Source: a virus (lineage: Duplodnaviria > Caudoviricetes). From it: DNA of 30,775 nucleotides. Below the pieces are notes generated by a model. That model saw nothing but the letters and a program-made list of their open reading frames with translations, was not told the origin of the DNA and did no database searches. Numbering within the stretch: the stretch's first letter is position 1; every line of letters starts with the position of its first letter. The position numbers and the translations under genes were made by a program. Positions 1 to 9,019 of this stretch are shown piece after piece. The stretch is taken from the IMG/VR virus record IMGVR_UViG_3300025018_000411, positions 1-30,775 of that record; one strand, 5' to 3'.

Positions 1-16
1 TGTATAAATCTTCCAT
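1..16 (-). CDS. 5' end of a gene running off the window (MEDLY...)
   Basis: ATG at 16-14 after an A-rich spacer just downstream of the 32..238 stop; only 5 codons visible. Confidence 0.35.
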
Positions 17-31
17 CCTTTTTGTTTTTAT

Positions 32-238
32 TTATAAATAATTTTTGTTGATGTATTTTGTTGCCATATTCAGCAAAGCCACTAAAGCCGATATTACTAA
101 TACTCCTGTTGGATTAATAACATCAGGTTGAATGGTTGTCGCTAGTCCGATAAGCAAAACGATAAAGGTGTTAGCTGTCGTCCAATAGGCGGTCTTAGCT
201 TGGTTTGATTTTAGAAAGTCGATAATTGTTTGTTTCAT
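32..238 (-). CDS. Small two-TM membrane protein, putative holin
   Basis: 68 aa, two hydrophobic helices, basic C-terminus, downstream of tail genes. Confidence 0.55.
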   Translation of the reverse strand: MKQTIIDFLKSNQAKTAYWTTANTFIVLLIGLATTIQPDVINPTGVLVISALVALLNMATKYINKNYL

Positions 239-253
239 ATATTTATTTAATTA

Positions 254-1399
254 TTAGAAAAATTGAAAGAAATTTGTGGTGTTGGCTACTACTGTGGAAT
301 ATGTAATTTCTAAGTAAGGTCTTAAAGAGGTATTTGTTGCCTCTTTTGATGCCCAATCATTATAATTATTACCAGACTCGGTTGCTGCTTTTAACAAAAA
401 CCCTACTGTATCAGACCAAGTTAGTGTTATTGGATTTGTGGCAGCAGAACCCATTACTCCAAAAGAGTACCAAGTAAAATTGGTATTTCCTGTATTACTA
501 TCGACTATTGTTGCACCATAATCTCCACCTGCTGTTGTCCAATTATTTCCAGTTGAATAAACATTCCAAGTAACTTGACTTTCTACAAATGTCCTTGTTA
601 ATTGGTGCATATTAACCTGTGCTAGTGTTTGTGTGCCAACTGTATTATAAAGCCACATAACAACATCAGATATTGTTCCTGACCCACTTGGTAAAGTCCA
701 TTGAATAAACCCCCTCATTTTAAGATTTGTACCACTTGTATGATAGCCAGTCGCAAATTCTACTGCTGTAGACCTGTTTACTGTTGGAGATCCTTCACGA
801 CAGTCAGAATCTCCACTATTAGTCGATGTTGTATCAGTATCGTCCCAAGCCTGTAAGGTGTATTTATCTTTTACTTTTAATTTTGTTTTAGGTGATAGCT
901 TGAAATATAGCTTTTTATCAACCACTTCAAAGTCAGCACTTTCTGCGGTGTCTTTCTTAACCAGTTTTTGGTAAAACTCTAAATCTTTAGCAAGCCCGTC
1001 TTTTATTTTTACATTATTACTATCATAGATTGAATAAGGAAGTTCACCTTTAACTGTCACTAATGGACTGTGATATTTATAAATTGATTTACCGTCAAGG
1101 TCATAAACTCTTACAACCTTTTTATCGTCATCAACCCTTATATCTCCCCACTCTGGGAGGTCAAGCATATAGTGTTTCTCTTCTTCTTTATTTATTTCTT
1201 TCCCCTCTGGAAAATTAAAGTTAGGAAGCTCTGTTCTTATGTCTTGAAATCCTTTATCTGTTTTGGCGTGTAATAAACCAGATGATTTAATACAAATCAT
1301 CTTAGCTCCTCCGTCTGGGTGAAAAAAGTGTTTTTCTTCGTGAGTTCTTTTTGATTTATCCTCAAGATGAGAATTATTTATCCAATCAAAATTAGCCAT
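254..1399 (-). CDS. Virion-associated protein with C-terminal DNRLRE (CBM96/disaggregatase-like) domain
   Basis: C-terminal half has the DNRLRE pattern (D..RE.SPT.N, RGFIQW.L, LTRTFVESQVTWN, SKEA....RPYLEITY); follows tail fibre. Confidence 0.65.
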   Translation of the reverse strand: MANFDWINNSHLEDKSKRTHEEKHFFHPDGGAKMICIKSSGLLHAKTDKGFQDIRTELPNFNFPEGKEINKEEEKHYMLDLPEWGDIRVDDDKKVVRVYDLDGKSIYKYHSPLVTVKGELPYSIYDSNNVKIKDGLAKDLEFYQKLVKKDTAESADFEVVDKKLYFKLSPKTKLKVKDKYTLQAWDDTDTTSTNSGDSDCREGSPTVNRSTAVEFATGYHTSGTNLKMRGFIQWTLPSGSGTISDVVMWLYNTVGTQTLAQVNMHQLTRTFVESQVTWNVYSTGNNWTTAGGDYGATIVDSNTGNTNFTWYSFGVMGSAATNPITLTWSDTVGFLLKAATESGNNYNDWASKEATNTSLRPYLEITYSTVVANTTNFFQFF

Positions 1400-1419
1400 T
1401 TCGTGTCTTTATTATTTAT

Positions 1420-2550
1420 TTATCCTTGTGCTACACAAACCCATTTAGTCCTAGCAGTGCTATAGATAAAGCCTATATTTAATTGAGCGGTTGTGGCTGC
1501 GGTTGTCGTCGGTAGGGCAACTGTTGAAGCTTCATAAATAGCATTCCAAGTTAAAGCTCTAGCGGTTGTGGTGCTACTTGCTACTGAAATCAAAAGTTTC
1601 TGTCCGTCTGTTGGTGTTCCTCCTGGTGCATTAAAAAGTAAAGCACCAGCTTGAGCGGTTACTCTAAAGACATCGCAGTTATCAGCGTTTAAGGAAGTGC
1701 CTGTGTCTGTTGTGTAGGAAGTGGCTGATATTACTCTTGGGGTTATTCTTTTGTTGGTAAGAGTATTAGTAGAAGAAACAGACGGAATAACTACACCTTC
1801 AACAGCTAAAACACCTGCTGAGCTTCTTGTAATAGTTGTGTCAGTTGCGTGTCCTAGTTCTATACCTGCAAACTGTGGGCTATCGTCTGTATCAAGCCCT
1901 AGACTATTTCTAGTTGGTAGTGTTTGGTCTCCTGTGTTTACTCCTGATTGGTTTGCTAAAAGAGTTTTTTCAGCATCGGTAAAAGCATTAGTATTAGCTT
2001 CTAATTCATAAGCTGTTTTGATTTCTGCTCCTGTTTGGTCAGCGGTTGCACCTGCTTCAATTCCTGCTAACTTTGTTTTTTCAGTTGCGGTATAAACTTT
2101 ATTAGTTGTGCCGTCTGCGTGGTTATCGGTGTTAAAGGCATCTCCTGCCTTGGCCGTTGGGTCATAGGTTGAAGCAAGCATATCGCCTGTTCCCTCTCCT
2201 GAAGCTCCTTTTTCTGCCATTAAATCCCAGTAAGTTGCGTTAGTTGGAAGATTTCCTGTGCTTGCTAATATACAAATATAGGAAGAACCGTTATAGGAAA
2301 CTGCGTCATTGATTACATAAGCAGTGCCTGCGTTATAAGCACCTAGCCAAGTGATATCTAGTCCATCAGCTCCTGCATCTCCAGTAGCTCCTGTTGCACC
2401 TGTTGCACCAGTTGCTCCTGTATCCCCCTTATCGCCTTTGAGTTCTGATTTAAGGGCTTTTTTAGTTGTATTTGTTACCAAATCAACATAAGGAATGACA
2501 TCGGTATTAAGCGGTGTTCCCTGTGTTAATTCTGATATTTTTTGATCCAT
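1420..2550 (-). CDS. Tail fibre protein with collagen-like and CBM5/12-like segments
   Basis: N-terminal KISEL motif, GXY run GDKGDTGATGATGATGATGDAGADG, W.GAYNAGTAY..NDAVSYNGSSY, TEKTKLAGIEAGA fibre repeat, C-terminal NAPGGTPTDGQKL...W.CVA tip. Confidence 0.8.
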   Translation of the reverse strand: MDQKISELTQGTPLNTDVIPYVDLVTNTTKKALKSELKGDKGDTGATGATGATGATGDAGADGLDITWLGAYNAGTAYVINDAVSYNGSSYICILASTGNLPTNATYWDLMAEKGASGEGTGDMLASTYDPTAKAGDAFNTDNHADGTTNKVYTATEKTKLAGIEAGATADQTGAEIKTAYELEANTNAFTDAEKTLLANQSGVNTGDQTLPTRNSLGLDTDDSPQFAGIELGHATDTTITRSSAGVLAVEGVVIPSVSSTNTLTNKRITPRVISATSYTTDTGTSLNADNCDVFRVTAQAGALLFNAPGGTPTDGQKLLISVASSTTTARALTWNAIYEASTVALPTTTAATTAQLNIGFIYSTARTKWVCVAQG

Positions 2551-2606
2551 ATAATTATTTGATTATATTAATTTTAAAGGAGGCCTTCGCTTGTCGCTTT
2601 TAAATA

Positions 2607-2789
2607 TTAACTTGGTTTATTTCTTGTTGAATAACTATCTGATGTTGCCTTGCTTCTTGTTGACCATTCCTCACCAAAAGCTAAAACAATCTTATCTCCG
2701 GTTTCTAATAAAAGATAAAAACTATCTTCTTTCAAAAGAAAATCATTTGTTGCGCTAGGTTTTCCTCTACCTGACCAATTATCTGCCAT
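2607..2789 (-). CDS. Small virion-associated protein (60 aa, start revised to MADNW)
   Basis: ATG 1 nt after the adaptor stop; FLLKEDSFYLLLETGDKIVL motif typical of small tail-associated phage proteins. Confidence 0.6.
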   Translation of the reverse strand: MADNWSGRGKPSATNDFLLKEDSFYLLLETGDKIVLAFGEEWSTRSKATSDSYSTRNKPS

Positions 2790-2790
2790 A

Positions 2791-3534
2791 TTATTCTCCG
2801 TATTGTAGATCTCTATCATTTGGGAGGCTTGCCTCAAAATAACTTTGATCTCTGTTAGTTAATTTATCAATAACTTCTTGTTTGCTTCTTTCATAATCAG
2901 TCATACTATCAAAAGCTTCTTTCTTTTTTCCTCTTGCTTTATAAATATATTTTTCCATTCCAAGGGCGATAACTTCGTGATAATCCTTTGGTATTAAAAT
3001 TGCACTTTCAGCGGCAGCGATTGTTATATCAGCTAGTGTAGCAATCCCATAAAGCTTTATTTGAGCATTGCCTGATGGACTATCCGGCAAATCAGCAGCC
3101 TTAAATTCAGGAGCGATAAAAATACTTTCATCAGCCACAAAATAAATAGGATCTGATTTTGGTTGGTTTTCCATATACCAAGCCCAATCGTGATATTTTA
3201 AAATTTCAGTTGGATCTACTTCTCTTGCCGGAGTGTAATTTTCATCAGTTGAATATCCTTTAATAAGCAATCTCATTAGCTTCTGCATTCCTGCTTGAGA
3301 TGAGGTTGATGCCGGATATATATATTCTCCGTTGGCTCTATCTGTGTTTGTATTATCTTGAGCATCTATAGTCCAAATTTGGAAGAAAAAGTTTTCATTA
3401 ACATCTTTTATAATTGTTTGCGCTAGATCGTGTCTTGCTAAATTTAAAAACAATAAAAGATTAGCATCAGTTATCTGAGTTGATTTTGTATGAGTATTAG
3501 ATAAAGCTAGATTAGCTATTTGTTGAGCTGTCAT
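2791..3534 (-). CDS. Head-tail adaptor / tail tubular protein
   Basis: Directly after MCP; MT..QI...A N-terminus, FLNLA, IFIAP and IP.DYHEVI..G motifs of podovirus adaptors. Confidence 0.65.
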   Translation of the reverse strand: MTAQQIANLALSNTHTKSTQITDANLLLFLNLARHDLAQTIIKDVNENFFFQIWTIDAQDNTNTDRANGEYIYPASTSSQAGMQKLMRLLIKGYSTDENYTPAREVDPTEILKYHDWAWYMENQPKSDPIYFVADESIFIAPEFKAADLPDSPSGNAQIKLYGIATLADITIAAAESAILIPKDYHEVIALGMEKYIYKARGKKKEAFDSMTDYERSKQEVIDKLTNRDQSYFEASLPNDRDLQYGE

Positions 3535-3562
3535 AAGTTTTGTTTACACTTAATATAAACTT

Positions 3563-3587
3563 CAGGCCACCTCTAAGAGATGGCCTG
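3563..3587 (-). terminator. Hairpin after major capsid gene (terminator or mRNA stabiliser)
   Basis: Minus strand CAGGCCATCTC-TTA-GAGGTGGCCTG, 11-bp stem with one GU, weak U tail. Confidence 0.65.
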
Positions 3588-3592
3588 TATGT

Positions 3593-4516
3593 TTAGATTT
3601 GTGTTGCTCCGGTTTCAATTCTGATCATTGAATTTTGTTGCAAAATCTTTGTTGCAAAAGCGATCTTAGCACCGACTTTTCGTCTTTGAGCTAATGGATC
3701 ACTATCTGAAGTAGCAGCAGGAGTTACATAAGTTCTTAAAGTTTGGAACTCAGCAACACCATAAGCTCCACCACCGATAACCAATACAGGATATACAGTT
3801 ACAGTTGAGCTGAATGTTTGGATGTGAGGAGCTAAAATAACTCTTACTCCATTTAACATTCCGATTTCGCCTTTAAATATTTGTTCAGGTCTTGCGTATT
3901 TGTTAACTTCTAACCAGTTGCCAGCACCTGTTTCTGATCTAAGATCATATAACTGATAAGAATGAATAAATGCGACATAGAAGCCATCAATTTTAGGAGC
4001 ATAGTAGCTCTCTAATTTTGCTGAAGCTCTATTTAAAAGCTGAGCTGTCAATATACTGTCGTTACCTAGAGCTGTTCTAGCAGTCTTTGCTCCACCATAA
4101 ATGACATTATCTCCTGCCATTATAGTTGTTTGGATTACAGCATCAATTTTTCTTGCCATTGCAGAACCTACTTCTACAGCAGCGCCCTTTAAGAAGTTGA
4201 CAACATTAAGTTCAATCAACATATCTGAAAGAGTTACAACAATCCTATATTGAACAGGAGTAGTTGTGATAACAGTTGCATTAAATGCAGTGTCATCAGG
4301 GGTTGTTCCATCAGTTGAGGTTGTCCCTGCAGTTACAGCAGAAGCAGCTAATTGAGTGAACTTAGCCCATCCGATAGTGTTATAACCTGATGGGGTGTCA
4401 GGTCTTTTTCCCATTTTATGGAAATATAGATTTGGCTCAAAGTTTGCTAATACTTGTCTTGATATCCAAGATTGCAATACACCTGAGTTTAAATCATTTC
4501 TTGTTACAGCGGCCAT
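3593..4516 (-). CDS. Major capsid protein (HK97 fold, N4-gp56-like family)
   Basis: 307 aa; AMARKID, YVAFIH..Q.YDLR, IFKGEIGMLNGVRVI, SDPLAQRRKVG.K motifs; after scaffold. Confidence 0.9.
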   Translation of the reverse strand: MAAVTRNDLNSGVLQSWISRQVLANFEPNLYFHKMGKRPDTPSGYNTIGWAKFTQLAASAVTAGTTSTDGTTPDDTAFNATVITTTPVQYRIVVTLSDMLIELNVVNFLKGAAVEVGSAMARKIDAVIQTTIMAGDNVIYGGAKTARTALGNDSILTAQLLNRASAKLESYYAPKIDGFYVAFIHSYQLYDLRSETGAGNWLEVNKYARPEQIFKGEIGMLNGVRVILAPHIQTFSSTVTVYPVLVIGGGAYGVAEFQTLRTYVTPAATSDSDPLAQRRKVGAKIAFATKILQQNSMIRIETGATQI

Positions 4517-4526
4517 ATATTTGATA

Positions 4527-4601
4527 GCTTGCTTTTATGGTAACAAAAAAGCAAGTTTCTATGGTTAATAATAAAAACGAATAACCAATCTAACTTGCTT
4601 T
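4527..4601 (-). promoter_or_regulatory. Structured 5' UTR of capsid gene with mutually exclusive hairpins
   Basis: Central arm 4547-4557 is complementary to both 4592-4601 and 4527-4536; inner 4562-4567/4582-4587 pair. Confidence 0.55.
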
Positions 4602-4610
4602 AAAGATGTA

Positions 4611-5399
4611 TTATAATACTAATCTCCCTGATGAAGCTTCAACTTTTAAATGAGCTTCTTGCTCCTCAAGTGTCATATTACTAGGATCTACACCCTTAAC
4701 CAAGTTATGCTTGGGTTGATCACCAGTGTTAAGTTTATCAGAGTTTGAACTGATAGAGGCATCGTCTTTAGGAATTACACCCTCTCCCTGAAGCATTCTA
4801 TAAGCTGCATAAGCAGAGATTGTAGGATGCTTAATCATAAGCTCCCTAATATCTTTCTCATATTCTGCTGCATTTGGAGTGGATTTATTTTCTTTAAGAG
4901 CCTCAACTTCAGCGATGTCGGATTTTTCGGCAGCCTCAGATTGTTGTCTTTGGCTAAGAGCTTTTTCAACAGCTTCTTTTACAAGCTGATCAACACTCTT
5001 ATTTTTGTCCGTAGATGAATTATCTTCATCCCCTTTATCACCGGATTTTAAGCGCTCGTTTTCTGCTTTCAAGTCAGCAATCATTTTTTCTTTCGTTTGA
5101 GCATCAAGTTCTGCTTTCGCAGCAGCTTCTCTTGCTTCATTACGATCGGCCAAAAGATTTTTGATTTTGTCAGCTTTCTCAACAGGTTTATCATCGTTAC
5201 TAGGATCTGTTTGATCTTTTAAAGGATCATCATCTTGTGGTTTGGGATCGTTTTGTGCAGGATCTCCGGACTGCGATAATTCATCGGTTAATACCTTATT
5301 CAATTCTGTTTCGTTTTCAGGCTTAGATAAGTCATCAACCTGTTTTTCTAATACTGGATCAACAGCATTAGCATTAGCTAGATTGTTTAAATCTGTCAT
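4611..5399 (-). CDS. Capsid scaffolding protein
   Basis: Acidic disordered N-terminus, coiled coil, C-terminal DPSNMTLEEQEAHL helix, immediately upstream of MCP. Confidence 0.75.
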   Translation of the reverse strand: MTDLNNLANANAVDPVLEKQVDDLSKPENETELNKVLTDELSQSGDPAQNDPKPQDDDPLKDQTDPSNDDKPVEKADKIKNLLADRNEAREAAAKAELDAQTKEKMIADLKAENERLKSGDKGDEDNSSTDKNKSVDQLVKEAVEKALSQRQQSEAAEKSDIAEVEALKENKSTPNAAEYEKDIRELMIKHPTISAYAAYRMLQGEGVIPKDDASISSNSDKLNTGDQPKHNLVKGVDPSNMTLEEQEAHLKVEASSGRLVL

Positions 5400-5444
5400 A
5401 TTTTTATAAGTTATATGCAGCTTATAACTGCTATATTTTATTTT

Positions 5445-5789
5445 CTAAAAATCATCTTGCAGAATGTCATCGCTGAAATCATCTTCTGTTATTTCATTGA
5501 CATCTTGGAAGGCATCAGGGTTTTCCGGCCTCATTTCGCCAGTGCCTGATAGTTGTGAAATCATTAGATCAGGAAGTCCTTTAATTCTCATAGCATTATC
5601 TCTTTTAACAATAGCCATATCACGATCAGAATACATTGGTTTGTGATCAGCACCTGTTGCAAAGATAACCATTTCAGCTTCCTTGATAATCTCATTGAGT
5701 TCATCAACCAAAAGCTTGAAACCACTATAAGATTTCAAATTCTTCCAACGACCTATCAATTCGTTATTTATTTTTGAAACTTCAATCAT
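5445..5789 (-). CDS. Hypothetical head-module protein with acidic tail
   Basis: 114-aa ORF with W..LK...GFKLL..EL pattern common in small genes before podovirus scaffolds. Confidence 0.7.
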   Translation of the reverse strand: MIEVSKINNELIGRWKNLKSYSGFKLLVDELNEIIKEAEMVIFATGADHKPMYSDRDMAIVKRDNAMRIKGLPDLMISQLSGTGEMRPENPDAFQDVNEITEDDFSDDILQDDF

Positions 5790-5803
5790 AAGTCCTTAAT
5801 TAA

Positions 5804-5832
5804 AGTATAGCATTTTTTAGCAATACTGTCTA
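5804..5832 (-). promoter_or_regulatory. Sigma70 promoter for scaffold/capsid genes
   Basis: TAGACA-17 nt-TATACT with extended -10 TG. Confidence 0.65.
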
Positions 5833-5837
5833 ATTAT

Positions 5838-6458
5838 TTAATATTTTTTAGCTAAGTATGAATAGCCATTCTCTGAAAAATAGTGCCTACATTGAACATT
5901 TGTATCAAGAAATGTTTTATAGCCTTCTTTTTTAGCTCTATCATAGTATGGATAATCATCATCGTTTTGCACCCAATCAAGCCAAGAGATTTTTTCTAAT
6001 ACATCTATCCTAAACAAGACACAATCCATTCCCATTCCGTCAACTTCTATCAATTTATTCATTGACAAAAACATATTTTTCTGTTCTTCCTGTGTTTTAT
6101 CGTGCTTCCAAGCAACAGCTCCATCAATATTTCCATTATCTGCGTTGTGCCTTCCCCAATAAACACCTCCTACAATGGCCTTGTCGTGGCTCAGAAGCCT
6201 CTCTAGCACATCTTTTGGTGGTATTGTATCAACTCCAAAGAAATACAGATGAGTATAAGTTCCGGCTAAGGCTATTCTTCTAAAATATTCTCTCTGTATC
6301 TTTACATTATTTTGTCCTCCGTATTCTTTTAAATCCCATCTCATCAAAACTGTTTTATTTTCAAATGTTAGTTCCTCTACTCTTGACAAAAGATGTTTTA
6401 ATGAGTATAGCTTTGCTCTGTGATAGGGAACAGCTACTAATATTCTTGGTTTTTGCAT
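5838..6458 (-). CDS. GT-A fold (GT2-like) glycosyltransferase
   Basis: RILVAVP, THLYFFGVDTIPP.D.LERLL.HDK.IVGGVY, EVDGMGMDCVL, DD..YY.RA...GY..FLDT.V.C.H. Confidence 0.8.
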   Translation of the reverse strand: MQKPRILVAVPYHRAKLYSLKHLLSRVEELTFENKTVLMRWDLKEYGGQNNVKIQREYFRRIALAGTYTHLYFFGVDTIPPKDVLERLLSHDKAIVGGVYWGRHNADNGNIDGAVAWKHDKTQEEQKNMFLSMNKLIEVDGMGMDCVLFRIDVLEKISWLDWVQNDDDYPYYDRAKKEGYKTFLDTNVQCRHYFSENGYSYLAKKY

Positions 6459-6462
6459 ATGT

Positions 6463-6639
6463 TTAGTTTAAATAATCACATTCTGAATAATGCTTGTCGC
6501 AAGTGTTGCAATAATCACCGGCTCTTTTATGTTCTACTTTTGCAGAATATGAAGCTCCGCTTTCAGACATCTGAGATATTCTCATTCCTTCAACTCTCCA
6601 TTGTTGCCACTTGTCTTTTATCTTTTTTAAAATACCCAT
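6463..6639 (-). CDS. 58-aa protein with C-x2-C-x6-C motif (below ORF-track cutoff)
   Basis: Hand translation MGILKKIKDKWQQWRVEGMRISQMSESGASYSAKVEHKRAGDYCNTCDKHYSECDYLN; fills the gap between two GT genes with 3-4 nt spacers. Confidence 0.7.
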   Translation of the reverse strand: MGILKKIKDKWQQWRVEGMRISQMSESGASYSAKVEHKRAGDYCNTCDKHYSECDYLN

Positions 6640-6642
6640 ATT

Positions 6643-7377
6643 TTAGTCAATTAAGGGGATCGCTTTTTCTGATTTACGATCTTCCCATTTAATTAATTCT
6701 CCATTGAAATCTGATTTTGTATGGATGGCTTTACCTTTACGAGCAAGCCACTTATCTCTGAACTTTGTATATAAATCAGCTCCTCTGTGGTTGATATAAT
6801 AATCACAAGTTTTTTCCCATTCCTCAACTGTTATTGCCTTTCCATAATGTTTGCAGAAGCCTCCAACAGCGCCTTTATAATACGAAGGGAGATTTGGTTC
6901 TCTTTCTCCAAAAGAGATTGAAAAATGCGGCCTGAAAAGCATAATGATATCCCTGTATTCACAACCCATCCATTCCCTCTCAAGATAAGGAGTGTTAACA
7001 TCTTCTGGTGTTATATAAAAATCAAACAAACGAACTCTCCAATAATCAATATTTTTATCATTCAGATCAATCCCATCAAAGTCTATATATTCATCGGCAT
7101 CAAAATAATATATCCAATCAGGATTATATTTTATAGCAGCTTGATAACCCCAATCTCTAAGATCTCCTTCTGCTCTCCTTCTGCCTTTAGGATCTGAAGC
7201 CCAAAAAGCATTCCGTATAACTTCAGCTACTGCCGGATGAGCTTCACATATTTTTACAGTGTCATCAGTTGAAGCATCATCAACAACAATAATCTTATCA
7301 ACAAACTTTGCTGCGTGATCTAGGGTATTTTTTATTATCGCTTCTTCATTACGAACTCTTGTTATTCCTATAATCAT
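6643..7377 (-). CDS. GT2 family glycosyltransferase
   Basis: ITRVRNEEAII, IIVVDDASTDDT, WIYYFDADE DxD motif, CKHYG. Confidence 0.9.
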   Translation of the reverse strand: MIIGITRVRNEEAIIKNTLDHAAKFVDKIIVVDDASTDDTVKICEAHPAVAEVIRNAFWASDPKGRRRAEGDLRDWGYQAAIKYNPDWIYYFDADEYIDFDGIDLNDKNIDYWRVRLFDFYITPEDVNTPYLEREWMGCEYRDIIMLFRPHFSISFGEREPNLPSYYKGAVGGFCKHYGKAITVEEWEKTCDYYINHRGADLYTKFRDKWLARKGKAIHTKSDFNGELIKWEDRKSEKAIPLID

Positions 7378-9019
7378 ACATTTTTAAATATTGATTAATT
7401 TTTTCTTTAACATTGTGATTATCTAAAATATACTGCCGGTTTTTTAGTCCTTCTGATTTGTTATATTTTCTAAGCTCAGCTTTTAAAGTTTCAAGATCAT
7501 ATCTTAGCTTTAAGGCTCTACCGGAATAATTCCTCTCTCTAATTGTATCTGCTTTATTTATTCTAAATAATCCATCACCAATAATTCCTTGCTTCATATA
7601 AGCTCTACTGTCTAGGATTAAAACTTCTCGGCCACAAGCCATTGCTTCGAGCGCTCCTCTGCCAAGAGAAACAACTAAATCAGCTTCATTCATTGCCTTT
7701 TCTGTTTGAGCAAAGTTATTAATCCAAGCAAATTTCAATCCCATTTCATAGCAAGCCTGTTTAACAAGCTCTGCTGCTTCTTCTCCTTTGGCTAGACATA
7801 AAACTTTCTGCAAGGTGTCATTTGGTTCTGTCTTAATATTAAACCTATCAGTGTCAATGCCATTTAAAATTATATAGTTTGAATAACCAAGAGAAACTAA
7901 ATGATCAGCGACTTCTTCTGTTACAGAAATATATTTATCAGCTCCAATAACTGGTTGTTCTAATTCAGGATAAACTCCGTGAGAGGTAAATATTTTATAG
8001 CCTTCAATCTTTTCTAAATCATCCAAGCATTTATTATGGTTTATAAGCAACAAATCATATTTTGGTTTTGGAACATCTACTGTTGGAAGCAAGGCTGAAA
8101 CACGACCTTTGTTCCTAGTATAAACTTCAACATCGTGTCCTAATCTTTGAAGCTCTTTAACTATCGTATAAGTCCAAGTTTCTGATCCGGCAAAATTATC
8201 AAGATGATTAGTGGCTACTAAAATATTTAACTTCTTTTTTAATCCATCAGGTTCTAACTTGAATAATTTATTTAATCTTTCTAGTGGATATTTTTTATCA
8301 AGGATCTCCTGATTTTTCTGTGAGAATGTTAAGCGACCATCTGACTGGCTATGTAAATGGACTATCGGTTCTGAGGTTAAAGCAATCTGCTTTCCGGCCT
8401 CCATCGCTCTGAAGAAAAAATCACTATCTTCTCCACCATTATAAAATTGCTCATCAAAACCTCCTAACTCCTCCCAAACATTCCTGCGAACAACGAAGGC
8501 AAAACCAAATGGAAAATCTACCTTAGTTTTATCTTCTATCATTTTAGCAGTCCAACCATTTTGTCTTGCTGTATCTAGAAATATATCAACACCATAAAAT
8601 ATTTTATCTCCGTCTGAAGGGATGGTTTGCGCTAGTCCAATAATATCTCCTTTAGTTTCAACAGCCTTTATCAGAATATTTGGATCAGGAATAGTATCAT
8701 CATTTAAAAAAATAATCGTATCGGTTTCAGCTAGTCTTGCTCCCTTGTTACAGTTATGAGCGAATGATCCACCGGAAACAATAATGATATTAAAAATATA
8801 GTTAGGAAGTCTGTCTAGACAATTCTTTAAATGATCGTGCCGGTTGTGATGAGGAATAACTATATCAGCAATTATCTTTTCTCCGGAGAGCTTTTTATAC
8901 AAATCAATCTTATCTTCTTTAACAGCATCAACATACTCGGCTGATCTGTAATGAGAACATCTTTCTGCAGGCACTCCGCAAAACTCGCAAACACCACCTA
9001 TAATTCTAGGCTTTGACAT
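7349..9019 (-). CDS. Bifunctional glycosyltransferase (GT2 + GT4/GT-B fusion) with N-terminal Cys motif
   Basis: DIVIPHHNR, FAHNCNKGA, IIFLNDD, LGGFDEQF..GGEDSD (GT2); GSETWT..I.KEL...GHDV, ILNGIDTDRF, ADLVV..GRGALEAMACG (GT4). Confidence 0.9.
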   Translation of the reverse strand: MSKPRIIGGVCEFCGVPAERCSHYRSAEYVDAVKEDKIDLYKKLSGEKIIADIVIPHHNRHDHLKNCLDRLPNYIFNIIIVSGGSFAHNCNKGARLAETDTIIFLNDDTIPDPNILIKAVETKGDIIGLAQTIPSDGDKIFYGVDIFLDTARQNGWTAKMIEDKTKVDFPFGFAFVVRRNVWEELGGFDEQFYNGGEDSDFFFRAMEAGKQIALTSEPIVHLHSQSDGRLTFSQKNQEILDKKYPLERLNKLFKLEPDGLKKKLNILVATNHLDNFAGSETWTYTIVKELQRLGHDVEVYTRNKGRVSALLPTVDVPKPKYDLLLINHNKCLDDLEKIEGYKIFTSHGVYPELEQPVIGADKYISVTEEVADHLVSLGYSNYIILNGIDTDRFNIKTEPNDTLQKVLCLAKGEEAAELVKQACYEMGLKFAWINNFAQTEKAMNEADLVVSLGRGALEAMACGREVLILDSRAYMKQGIIGDGLFRINKADTIRERNYSGRALKLRYDLETLKAELRKYNKSEGLKNRQYILDNHNVKEKINQYLKMYDYRNNKSS

